Shown here: positions 16,850 through 25,513 of the stretch, piece after piece
Layout of the letters: every line of letters begins with the position of its first letter
Position numbering within the stretch: position 1 is the first letter of the stretch
From: Escherichia phage bob
DNA length: 45,256 nucleotides
Reading direction: 5' to 3' (one strand)
Sequence record: NC_073072.1
The notes under the pieces: model-generated
What the model saw: the letters and a program-made list of their open reading frames with translations, nothing else
Database searches by the model: none
What the model was told of the DNA's origin: nothing
Made by a program: the position numbers and the translations under genes

Positions 16850-19492
16850 TCATCGTTTGTAAAGTACACCACCCGGTTTGGTCGCTTTCACAATCTCAGC
16901 CTTTACCGACTCGGTGATTTGCTTTCCGAACGCCTGCGCGGTGCGAGGGTCCGGTCCGCTAACACTGGTGTCCGTCTTACCGGTCCCCATGTTAACGTTG
17001 GTCGTTACAATCATCCCACCGCCCACACCGGCAGCGGCAACGCCCAGTTTCCCGTCTGGCCCGCGCTTCAGTGGCATGATGGCCTCGGGTCCGGCCTCAC
17101 CCATCAATCCTGCGCCCTTAGCGAACGCCTGAACGCCATAACTGAAAAAGGTAGGCTGGCTTACCACTTTCCCCGAATAGGCCGCCAGATTGCCTCCTGC
17201 GTACGCTCCGCCGTCCGCATTCTTAGTGAGGCCCGAGAAGATAGCGCCGAACAATCCGTTTTTGCCGCCGTCGCCACCGAAAGCGCTAACGATCGACTTG
17301 AACGCCTGCGAGGTAGCCAGCTTGATTAACTCGCTCAGGATGGATTTGACCATATCCTTCGCGTTAATCTTGCCCGTCTCGAAAAATTCGTTCATCGTGT
17401 CCTGCATAGCGCTGAACGTGAATTTTGTGAGTGACGTCATCTGCGTATATCCGTTACCCATCTCATCCACGCTATCCTTAAGCCCGCGACTGAATCCATC
17501 CCATAGCGAGGCGTTAGCGCCGGTCTGCGCCTCCTGCACTTCCCGCAGCTTAGACACCGCCTTGTCTATATCGGTATCGTTAGCGCCAACCCTCTTCAGA
17601 CGGTCGATTAGCTGCAATTCTTCGCGCAGGTTAGCCGCTTCGCGCGTAGACAGTGCGTAGCCCGCAGCGGTGGCTTTTATCTCGGCGTTCTGATTCTTGA
17701 GGAAAGCGTCGACCTGCGCGTGGGCTTTGATCTGCTTCTCTTTCGCATCCAGCAATTTGGCTTCTTCGACGATCTGCTCGCGGACTTCCTTCACGCGTCC
17801 AAATTCGACCATCTGCTGCTTTTCGGCTGCCGTTAGTGCTCTTTCTTTGCTCGCAGCGATTAACTGCTCATTATCCGCGATCAGCTTGTTTAGGGCCGCT
17901 TGAGCGCGTTGCGTGCGGGTCTGCGTCGATGCATTGGCTTCGATCTGCTTGCCAGACTCACGAAGCTGGGCTAATTCGCTTCGCGCGACTTCCAGCATTT
18001 TCAGACCGGCATCGACTCGAATTGCCGCGGCCTTTTTCGGTGCGGGGTCTTTGTAGCGTTCGTTGACCTGCTTCACCGCCTCGGCTAGTTCTTTCTCGTT
18101 AATAACACCGCGCTTATTCAGCAAATTGAGGCGGGCGATCTCGTCGGCTCGCCGCTTCGCGTTGGTTGCGTACTCCTTCTCAAACGCGGCGCGGTCGCGG
18201 GCGGTGCGGTTTGCCTCCTCGTTCGCCTTTGCTGCTTCATCCGCGGCGCTGGCGCTGTCTCGCTCTGCACGGTTGCGCAGGGTGAGCGACGCCACTACCT
18301 TTTCCTGGGCGACCAGTTCGCTGTAAAGCATGTTAATACGCGCTTTCTGCGCTTCGGTCATCACCCCACCGGCAGCGTTTACCGCTTTCATCTCGGCATA
18401 GTACGCCGTGGTCATGCGCTGCAAGGACTCACGCGCTTTCATCTCGGACTCATTCGAGGACTGCGCGCGGCCCACATCAAGGATTGCATCCCACATAGAT
18501 TTAGCTGCCGATGTGACGACGTTCATCGAACGCTCAAGCGTACCCATGTTGGACTTAATATCGTTGGTCATAGTGGTAAACGACGCTGCGGCTGTTTTGT
18601 TAGCCAGCGCGACCGCGTCTGTCTCGCGACCCATATCCACAAGCGACTGAACCTGCTGGATCTGCGCTTCGTTTACGACGTGATACTTATCTGCCAGTGC
18701 GCGCAAACCGCCTACTGGGTCAGTTGACAGCTTCGCTACCGCCGCGACAACATCTTCGATCGGCTGGCCCGACGTCTTTGCAAAGTCATTAACCACCTTT
18801 GCTAACCCGCCGAAATCCGCTCCGGCTTTAACCCCAGCCGCCGCCAGTGACTGAATTGTGTCACGCGTCTTGCGGAATGATCCGCCCATGCGCTCGGCGT
18901 TCTCGGATAGCACCAGGATCTGGTTTGCAGTGAGGCCGGAAATGTTACCTGACAGCGCCAGCGTCTTGTTAAGCGCTGCGACCTGGTTCTCTGCGCGGGA
19001 CGTAATTGCCACCCCTACGCCTAACGTTGCCGTTAGTGCTGCAATGCCGATCCCTACCGGACCGAGGACGCCCGCAACATAACGCAGCGTGTTACCAAAT
19101 CCGCCGAACGCCCCAGTTAACTGCGGTAACTGCTGAAGCATAACGCGGTGTACTGGCATCCCCATCTCAAGCGTAACTGCGATATCCTGTAACTGGAATG
19201 CGGCGTTACGCGAGGCAAAGCCCAGGTTTTTGGTCGACATGCCTAACCTGTTGGCAAGTCGCTCCTGTTTCGTCATGCCATCGGCTGCGCGCTGCGATTC
19301 AGTCGCCAGCTTTTCCATTCCGCCCGCGGCGTCACTCGTCACCTTTTTGGATTTGCCGAGGGTGTCGTTTAATTTCTTAACCTTGTTTTCTGTGTTCTCG
19401 GATTTCTGTGCGAAGGAGTCCAGCACAGTATTCGCCGTTCTGATTTGTGCAACATCAGCCTTTAGCGTGATGCCTGCTGCCTGATCTGCCAT
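16850..19492 (-). CDS. tail tape measure protein
   Basis: 880 aa; long Ala/Gln/Lys-rich helical region, Gly-rich C-terminus; AAGGGGA RBS; downstream of chaperone G/GT. Confidence 0.85.
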   Translation of the reverse strand: MADQAAGITLKADVAQIRTANTVLDSFAQKSENTENKVKKLNDTLGKSKKVTSDAAGGMEKLATESQRAADGMTKQERLANRLGMSTKNLGFASRNAAFQLQDIAVTLEMGMPVHRVMLQQLPQLTGAFGGFGNTLRYVAGVLGPVGIGIAALTATLGVGVAITSRAENQVAALNKTLALSGNISGLTANQILVLSENAERMGGSFRKTRDTIQSLAAAGVKAGADFGGLAKVVNDFAKTSGQPIEDVVAAVAKLSTDPVGGLRALADKYHVVNEAQIQQVQSLVDMGRETDAVALANKTAAASFTTMTNDIKSNMGTLERSMNVVTSAAKSMWDAILDVGRAQSSNESEMKARESLQRMTTAYYAEMKAVNAAGGVMTEAQKARINMLYSELVAQEKVVASLTLRNRAERDSASAADEAAKANEEANRTARDRAAFEKEYATNAKRRADEIARLNLLNKRGVINEKELAEAVKQVNERYKDPAPKKAAAIRVDAGLKMLEVARSELAQLRESGKQIEANASTQTRTQRAQAALNKLIADNEQLIAASKERALTAAEKQQMVEFGRVKEVREQIVEEAKLLDAKEKQIKAHAQVDAFLKNQNAEIKATAAGYALSTREAANLREELQLIDRLKRVGANDTDIDKAVSKLREVQEAQTGANASLWDGFSRGLKDSVDEMGNGYTQMTSLTKFTFSAMQDTMNEFFETGKINAKDMVKSILSELIKLATSQAFKSIVSAFGGDGGKNGLFGAIFSGLTKNADGGAYAGGNLAAYSGKVVSQPTFFSYGVQAFAKGAGLMGEAGPEAIMPLKRGPDGKLGVAAAGVGGGMIVTTNVNMGTGKTDTSVSGPDPRTAQAFGKQITESVKAEIVKATKPGGVLYKR

Positions 19493-19555
19493 TATGCAGT
19501 CCCCTTTTTTATGCAGTTGCCGATTGATATTGTATCAGCGATTTCAAAACAAACC

Positions 19556-19745
19556 TTATTCAGTCTCAGACGAGGGGGGCCATTGACCCCCGTCTAGTCT
19601 GAAAGACTGGGGTGCTGTCCCGCTGTCCCGATCGGCTGAAAACCGCGGCAGCACTGGCGGGGACGGGGTGCTGTCCCGTTTTGTCCCGCCCCTTGTTTGT
19701 CCCGCTTTCTGTCCCGCTTACTTTATGCAATAAAACTGCATAGGT
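19556..19745. repeat. copy A of a ~180-190 bp dispersed element (G-rich hairpin plus GTCCCG iterons)
   Basis: First ~75 bp TTATTCAGTCTCAGACGAGGGGGGCCAtTGACCCCCGTCTAGTCTGAAAGACTGGGGTGCTGTCCCGCTGTCCCG near-identical to 35971-36045; both copies end TTTATGCA..TTGCATA. Confidence 0.8.
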
Positions 19746-19764
19746 ATGCACATTTACAGGGCGT

Positions 19765-19874
19765 GACAAAACGGGACGTCCCGCCTGTCCCGCTTTGAGT
19801 TTATGCAATGAAAGTGATTAGATATGCGGTTTTACAGAGGCGGGACAAAACGGGACGTCCCGCCTGTCCCGCTT
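19765..19874. repeat. two perfect 31 bp direct repeats each containing the 12 bp palindrome CGGGACGTCCCG
   Basis: GACAAAACGGGACGTCCCGCCTGTCCCGCTT at 19765-19795 and 19844-19874, inside a ~79 bp imperfect tandem unit. Confidence 0.8.
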
Positions 19875-19876
19875 CA

Positions 19877-20553
19877 TTATGCGGGGTTCTGCTGCGCCAT
19901 CTCATCAAGCGCGATTCGTTCCATTAGCTTGATATCTTTAAACGCGCGCTGCTCGTTTTCGATACCGTGCATCTTAAATAACCACTCCAGCACGCCGTAG
20001 TCGATGCCGTATGCGCCACCAAATCCGGTGCGCCATTGCGTGGAGCAATCTGTGAAGACTGCGACTACCTTCGCGTTGTCGGGCCATAGCGCAACAGGTG
20101 GACAAACATCTTCGGGGGCCGCACCCCATAAACTTGCGGCTAAATCTTCGGAGGGTGGCGGCGGGCCATAAAAGCGTCGCGCCGCCTCAATTAGTTTTTT
20201 TCACGCAATCCCATCAGTTCGAGATAGTACGACGTGTGGAACACACCGAACGCGCGTGGGTAGTTGACCACCAGGCGGCGGACGTTCTCCGAGTTAAATT
20301 CGTCTGGCAGATTCCAGCCTTCCGCGACGTGCATGATGGCCTCGACCATAACGTTAAAGCCGTCCGGGTCATTGTCGTCATATTCCGACAGCTTTCGTTC
20401 GGTGTCCTGCATGGTTTGCGAAAATTCGTCGATCGGGCGGTGGCGGACGGTAAAAGTCATCTTGCCTGGTTCGTTCTCACCTGGGCGCGGGATCTCAATC
20501 GGCAGCTTAAAGGTCGGCTTAGGGTCAAGTGTAAAGAGTGGTGCTTTAGCCAT
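19877..20553 (-). CDS. tail assembly chaperone GT-like fusion product via programmed -1 frameshift (predicted)
   Basis: Slippery A_AAA_AAC at 20194-20200 (coding strand) as last codons of G; -1 frame open ~106 codons to TAA at 19877-19879 with no start codon for its first ~70 codons. Confidence 0.5.
20191..20553 (-). CDS. tail assembly chaperone (lambda G-like)
   Basis: 120 aa acidic protein between major tail and tape measure genes; ATG 20553 with GGAGAA RBS. Confidence 0.65.
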   Translation of the reverse strand: MAKAPLFTLDPKPTFKLPIEIPRPGENEPGKMTFTVRHRPIDEFSQTMQDTERKLSEYDDNDPDGFNVMVEAIMHVAEGWNLPDEFNSENVRRLVVNYPRAFGVFHTSYYLELMGLREKN

Positions 20554-20567
20554 TGTAGTATTCTCCA

Positions 20568-20592
20568 ATAAAAAAGGGGCCGTGCTGGCCCC
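20568..20592 (-). terminator. rho-independent terminator after the major tail protein gene
   Basis: On minus strand GGGGCC-agcac-GGCCCC followed by TTTTTT. Confidence 0.55.
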
Positions 20593-20622
20593 ATATTAAC
20601 ACTCGCTATTTAAGCGACCAAA

Positions 20623-21348
20623 TCAAGACAATGCCTCGACCAGATCCTTACGGTAAATAACCATATCAGACTGCATGGCCAGAGTAGACTGCACCGTTTC
20701 CACGTTGTTTACTTCAGCGGAAGGAATCTTCTGGAAAGATACCTTAGCCGGGTAAATACGAATTTCACCTTTGCCGCTTGCCGCTGCCGGGTTAGTGAAC
20801 TTGATCACAGTGGTTTTCTGTGTGTCGTCCAGGTCTTCCAGGATTGGGCGGATCGGGTCTTCTTCGTCGTGGGTGAAAGTGTAAGTCTGAACCAACGGGT
20901 TTTTCGTGGTGTTCAGACTGATCGCGGTGTTCACCTGTAACGGCTGGAAGGTAGTAGTCTGCTGGTCGCCACCAGACACGGCAACGTTAGTAATGAAAGG
21001 GAAGTCGATAAAGCTCGACACCTTCACCACTTCGCCCGGCGTGCCTACGCTGAAAGCGCCGGTCGGGTATTTTGTGACGTCCGAGGAGTCGAAGCGCGCC
21101 AGCGTCACGTCGTTCTCGGCTACTTTACCCACGATGAATGCGCGGTTAAGCGCTCGGACCCACGGGGTTTTAGTGAACATAACAACGTCGCCAACAACCA
21201 GGCCATGCGATGCCGCGCAGGTAATTACGCAACCTTGCGTAAGGTCAGAGATTGATGCGGTGGCGTTGGTAGCTGCCGTAACAGCGATGCCGCTGCCTAA
21301 TACGGACCCGATCTGGACGCTGGACCCGTTGGGGAGTTGATAACCCAT
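20623..21348 (-). CDS. major tail protein
   Basis: 241 aa; Thr/Val/Ser-rich; AGGAGC RBS; terminator after it; directly upstream of chaperone. Confidence 0.7.
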   Translation of the reverse strand: MGYQLPNGSSVQIGSVLGSGIAVTAATNATASISDLTQGCVITCAASHGLVVGDVVMFTKTPWVRALNRAFIVGKVAENDVTLARFDSSDVTKYPTGAFSVGTPGEVVKVSSFIDFPFITNVAVSGGDQQTTTFQPLQVNTAISLNTTKNPLVQTYTFTHDEEDPIRPILEDLDDTQKTTVIKFTNPAAASGKGEIRIYPAKVSFQKIPSAEVNNVETVQSTLAMQSDMVIYRKDLVEALS

Positions 21349-21408
21349 AATAAAGCTCCTGTTTAGATATACGGTTTAATGATACAGCACGCGCAGAATT
21401 GCGCCAAA

Positions 21409-21831
21409 TCAGGCACAACAGGAATAGGGCACTGTAACCACGATGCGGGCGCGGTCAACATCCTCAATCACTGAACTGGTGTATGGCGCGTCCTGAAGCT
21501 GGAATGCAGCGCCGGTAAGCCTTACGGACTGCCACTTGTCTGACGTCGCAATGGCGTCCGCCAGTTCGCTCGCATACTGTGTGCCCGTGCCCGCAGGAAA
21601 TACCACGGCAATCTGATACACGCCTGCATAGATCCGGCCCTTCTGCTGGAAGCCCACAAACTGGGTAGGGGCCGGAAGCAGATATGGTTCCAGGTAGACA
21701 CCGCCGCCGTTTGCGTGGTCGCCGCTCACGTTCTCCCAGTTAACCTTTATCGGGCGCGTGCTAGTGCTCAGGCTAACCGATAATTCTTCTACTACGCTGT
21801 TAAGCGCCTTGCGGATTAGAGTATTGCTCAT
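21409..21831 (-). CDS. tail completion / head-tail joining protein (by position)
   Basis: 140 aa; start overlaps upstream stop; between capsid and major tail genes. Confidence 0.5.
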   Translation of the reverse strand: MSNTLIRKALNSVVEELSVSLSTSTRPIKVNWENVSGDHANGGGVYLEPYLLPAPTQFVGFQQKGRIYAGVYQIAVVFPAGTGTQYASELADAIATSDKWQSVRLTGAAFQLQDAPYTSSVIEDVDRARIVVTVPYSCCA

Positions 21832-22424
21832 TATTTCACCTTCGAATTAATTTCTGCCGCTACGACGCGAACAATCCCCGCCGGCGCTTGTTTACTCCAG
21901 CCATATTCCAGTCGCTGGGCATACGGTACATTGTTAGTAAACCAGATCGACCCGTATTCACCGGAATCGTAATGCGCCAGCACTTCACGCCCCGCGGCTA
22001 ATGTTGCCGTTCCGGCCTTGTCCACGCGGTCAATAGCGCCGACAGCAGGGCGGTCGAACGTCACCTGCCAGTTTCCCCGGAAGCGTCCGCCGGTGTAATT
22101 CTTCGCGGCCCAGCCACGCTGGCGGAACGTGACGTTGCCATTTTTAGTTTTGAATGAGACGAGCACACTGGCGTGCTTCTTCTGCCCGCGCTTCAGTTTG
22201 CCGCCGTTCTTGCGGCGCTGTGCGGCGTTCACCTTGTTCGCGTGTTCGCGTGCAAGCGCGTAAGCCTTGTTAATCTTCCACCGGCGTGGGTCGCCCACCG
22301 GGGAGATCTCGATCAGGCGTCCGAGTATTTGCATACCGTACGCCCGCACCGCCTTATCGTTGTTCTCCTTCGTCTTATCCACCCACGTAGCAATAGTGGC
22401 GGCGAATGAGTAGACTTCAGCCAC
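21831..22424 (-). CDS. head-tail connector/neck protein (by position)
   Basis: 197 aa; basic central region; conserved module position. Confidence 0.5.
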   Translation of the reverse strand: MAEVYSFAATIATWVDKTKENNDKAVRAYGMQILGRLIEISPVGDPRRWKINKAYALAREHANKVNAAQRRKNGGKLKRGQKKHASVLVSFKTKNGNVTFRQRGWAAKNYTGGRFRGNWQVTFDRPAVGAIDRVDKAGTATLAAGREVLAHYDSGEYGSIWFTNNVPYAQRLEYGWSKQAPAGIVRVVAAEINSKVK

Positions 22425-22425
22425 G

Positions 22426-22779
22426 TTAGCCCCTTAGCTGTAGTTGAAACAGCATGGTAGTGCCCGCCGGTTGCAGTGGGTTAGGGTTGACGACCCGGTA
22501 GTCAGTGCCGTTCAGGTTAACCAGGTCGCCCACCCGCAATTGCTCAACCGCCCGACATAAAAACTTCACATCACCGGCAACGATACGCGTTCCGTCGATC
22601 TCGCTAGGCTTGTATTCCTCGCGAAGACCGATGACGTCAAACGACATCGGCGGGATTACCACTTCATCGCCGTCTACGCGGTCAACCGACCCCGGACGCG
22701 TAACCGTAACGGTCATGCCGAATTTTTTAATCAGCGGATTCACTTTCCGCTTTAATCCTGCGTAATTAAAGCCCGCCAT
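22426..22779 (-). CDS. head completion protein (by position)
   Basis: ATG 22779 with AGGAGAG RBS preferred over the longer track start at 22869. Confidence 0.5.
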   Translation of the reverse strand: MAGFNYAGLKRKVNPLIKKFGMTVTVTRPGSVDRVDGDEVVIPPMSFDVIGLREEYKPSEIDGTRIVAGDVKFLCRAVEQLRVGDLVNLNGTDYRVVNPNPLQPAGTTMLFQLQLRG

Positions 22780-22886
22780 CTTCTTCGCTCTCCTGTGCCG
22801 GTGGTACTGGTTCTGGCTCCGGTTCTTGTTCCGTCGGCTGTTTAGTATTTGCAGCGATAATCGCCGCAAGTAATGCAGGATTCATA

Positions 22887-23414
22887 TTACCCCCTGAATA
22901 CGTCGAAATTGCCTGCGGCGTTGCCGCCAGAATCAACCCAGTGCCCTAACAAGCCATCCCACCACGGGAACGACACCCCGCTACCAATCGACACCCCGCT
23001 ACCAATCGACGCCGGGTCATACTCCATCGTGATCGGGCCGACCGTTTCGCGGATAGTCTCTTTACCATCGCCGACCGGAGAAATATCGATCTCGTCCGCC
23101 ACCAACATCGCCAACCGGTAAACAGCTTGCTCAACGGCAACGGGGGTTGATGCGAAGTCTACGATCTGCCCGGCGGGCACTACCGCCACAACTTCAGTGA
23201 GCGTGTCCCGCACCGGCTTACCGTCTGACGGGTAATTAATGCGGGGCCATGCGTCGATTCCGGTCTGGTCTGCTTGTTCGCCGATCCAGTTGATGCCGTT
23301 AAGGAAGTCGTTAACGATGGTAAGGTGTCGCGTTGCATCGCCTAGCGTAATTTCAACGCCTCGCGCAGCGGCATAATCGACAAAGGTTTGCGGGTCGCCA
23401 TACATTGTATTCAC
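22887..23414 (-). CDS. head-tail adaptor / structural protein
   Basis: 175 aa; directly downstream of major capsid gene and its terminator. Confidence 0.5.
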   Translation of the reverse strand: MNTMYGDPQTFVDYAAARGVEITLGDATRHLTIVNDFLNGINWIGEQADQTGIDAWPRINYPSDGKPVRDTLTEVVAVVPAGQIVDFASTPVAVEQAVYRLAMLVADEIDISPVGDGKETIRETVGPITMEYDPASIGSGVSIGSGVSFPWWDGLLGHWVDSGGNAAGNFDVFRG

Positions 23415-23420
23415 TCCTAT

Positions 23421-23445
23421 AAAAAAAGGCGGGCATAAGCCCGCC
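23421..23445 (-). terminator. rho-independent terminator after the major capsid gene
   Basis: On minus strand GGCGGGC-ttat-GCCCGCC followed by TTTTTTT. Confidence 0.6.
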
Positions 23446-23464
23446 CCTTTGGGATGTGCGCCCG

Positions 23465-24565
23465 TTAAGACGCGGTAGTCGCAGTCAGCGTAACCAGTAC
23501 GCCAGCGGTTTCCTTGATGTGACGGGTAGGCACTGCCTGTGCGGCCTGGGTCTTACGACGACCTTTAGTATCGCCATCACCCACAGCGCCAACGTCCTGC
23601 ACGGTTGCCGGTGCGTTGTCTACCTGGCCCTGGTCCAGTTCCCAGTTAGCGGAAGTGGTAATATCGTCCAGTTTGAACGAGCGCACACCTTCGATCGGGG
23701 TACGAGCGGACGCCTTCAGACGGTAGCCTTTAACGGCCACGTTGAAGTCGAACTCGCCCTGCCACCAGCGTTCGATGTTCTCGTTACCGCCTTTCTCCTG
23801 CGCCAGCATATCGAGGCCGTTGGTGGTAACTGCAACCGCGCCAGGGACCAGACCCAGCATGTTACCAGCGCCCATAGCATCGGCAGCGGCATCGGAGATA
23901 ATGAAGCGACGGCCCAGGCCATCGCCCATTACCTGGAGATCGCCAATTGCGAATACCTGTTCAGCGGAAGGGAGCGCCTGGTACGCAATGAAGTTTGCCC
24001 AGGTAACGCCGTCCATAAACCAGGACTTAATCAAAGACGCCTGATCGCCGAACTTAGAAGCCGCCAGCGGGAAGTCTGCCAGGGTCGGGAAGGTACGACC
24101 GCCAACGCCGTCAACGCGCGCCGGTTGGGTGTATTTTGCCGCTGCGTTGCTTTCGATCGCCGCTTTACTTGCGCCGATACCAGCTTTCAGGTAGTGCAGC
24201 ATAATCGCTTGAGTAGCCTGTGCCGCAATCTCAGCCGCAACGCTGTTAACGTTGGTTTCGATCTTAGCCATCATAGCCTTAGTGATTGCTACCGGACCCA
24301 CTTTTGCGGAAAGGTTAACCGAGTTGGTCAGCATACGCGCCAGCACTTTAGCGGTTGCCGGAGTGCCGACAGGGGCGTAGGCGTTACGGTCGGTAACGAG
24401 GTTGGCGATCAAGCCTACGGACATTTTCTCAATAACATCCTTCAGCACTTCACCAGTACCGAGAACAACAGCGCCATTGGCGGCAGCGTTGAATACGTTC
24501 AGGTTGTCGGGGATCATTTGCGTAACCGCGGTAACGAGTTTACGCTGGAACACTGTTAAAGACAT
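23465..24565 (-). CDS. major capsid protein
   Basis: 366 aa; follows scaffold-like gene and precedes a strong terminator; Ala/Gly/Val-rich composition. Confidence 0.75.
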   Translation of the reverse strand: MSLTVFQRKLVTAVTQMIPDNLNVFNAAANGAVVLGTGEVLKDVIEKMSVGLIANLVTDRNAYAPVGTPATAKVLARMLTNSVNLSAKVGPVAITKAMMAKIETNVNSVAAEIAAQATQAIMLHYLKAGIGASKAAIESNAAAKYTQPARVDGVGGRTFPTLADFPLAASKFGDQASLIKSWFMDGVTWANFIAYQALPSAEQVFAIGDLQVMGDGLGRRFIISDAAADAMGAGNMLGLVPGAVAVTTNGLDMLAQEKGGNENIERWWQGEFDFNVAVKGYRLKASARTPIEGVRSFKLDDITTSANWELDQGQVDNAPATVQDVGAVGDGDTKGRRKTQAAQAVPTRHIKETAGVLVTLTATTAS

Positions 24566-24662
24566 ATCGAAATCCTTTGAGTTGTGAGCATTCGCCCAGT
24601 GACGTTAATGTTACCTTAGATTTACGCGCTAGCAAAATCGCCCGCTTTCGCGGGCGGTCTTC

Positions 24663-25364
24663 CTACTCGTCGCCCATCTTAGCGATGATTTCACCAGCCT
24701 GTTTCGTAAGGTCAGTGATACCGAAGCTGTGGCCCATCGTGATTTTCGACTTCACATCTTCGACAACCTGCGTCGGTTTGCTAGGCGCGCCGCCTGCTGG
24801 CGTGCCAGCCAGGACGGACGCAAAATCGGCGTTATTACGGAACTCTTTTTCAAGTTCTTCCATAGTCAGCGCGGACGGTTTGCCATCCTGCAAGACACGC
24901 ACTTTCAAGCTGCCGTCTTCGCCGTCTTCCAGCGTCAGGCGGTCCATTACGTGGCGTTGCATGATGCCCGCATTCTTACCGAACAGCTTCGACGCCAGGT
25001 CTTTGGCAGCGCTGCCGATGGTTAGATCGTGGATCTGCTTGCGGTAGGCTTCGATTTTTCCCGATGTGTCTGCTTCGTGTTTCGCAAACTTATCTTTCCA
25101 GGACTTGTCGATCGCTTCGAGGTCGCCATTTTTGCGCGCGGCGGCTTCCTCTTTCTCTTTCGCAAGGCGCTCAGCTTCGGCGCGGCGTTCAGCTTCTGCT
25201 TTCTTCTCGCTCACCAGCTTCGCGTTGTTGTCTTTCAGACCCTTGATTTCCGCCTGTACTTCTTCTGCGGTCATGAACGTTGATTTATACCCGTCGCCAT
25301 CGGCAACAAAAAGCGCCTTCATACCTTCCGGCAACGCGTCATATTCTGCTTTAGTAAGTTTCAT
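24663..25364 (-). CDS. putative scaffolding protein
   Basis: ATG 25364 with GGGGGA RBS; Lys/Glu/Ala-rich coiled-coil-like centre (KKAEAERRAEAERLAKEKEEAAARK); immediately upstream of capsid gene. Confidence 0.55.
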   Translation of the reverse strand: MKLTKAEYDALPEGMKALFVADGDGYKSTFMTAEEVQAEIKGLKDNNAKLVSEKKAEAERRAEAERLAKEKEEAAARKNGDLEAIDKSWKDKFAKHEADTSGKIEAYRKQIHDLTIGSAAKDLASKLFGKNAGIMQRHVMDRLTLEDGEDGSLKVRVLQDGKPSALTMEELEKEFRNNADFASVLAGTPAGGAPSKPTQVVEDVKSKITMGHSFGITDLTKQAGEIIAKMGDE

Positions 25365-25467
25365 GCTATCCCCCTGGGATTGTGGCAGAGCAGGCCACCC
25401 GCTCGACTTCACGCTTCTAATATTATCAGCGATAAAAATAATCGCAAAATTCGCTTGCAATCCGCGT

Positions 25468-25492
25468 ATTGGTTGCACTATATTGGTTGCAC
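25468..25492. promoter_or_regulatory. tandem pair of TATTGGTTGCA motifs in a divergent intergenic region
   Basis: Copies at 25468-25478 and 25482-25492, between scaffold gene start (25364) and plus-strand gene at 25514. Confidence 0.5.
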
Positions 25493-25513
25493 ACCAACAA
25501 CGAGGACACAAAA

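Noticed and set aside
19610-19875. Possible CRISPR array suggested by the dense GTCCCG repeats
   Set aside because: Repeat unit is only 6-8 bp with irregular 10-16 bp spacing, far from CRISPR repeat-spacer geometry; no cas genes; better read as iterons or binding sites.
23456-24559. Plus-strand 367 aa ORF coextensive with the major capsid gene
   Set aside because: Exact antisense shadow of the capsid CDS; Arg/Cys/His-rich low-complexity translation; lies in the middle of a unidirectional late operon.
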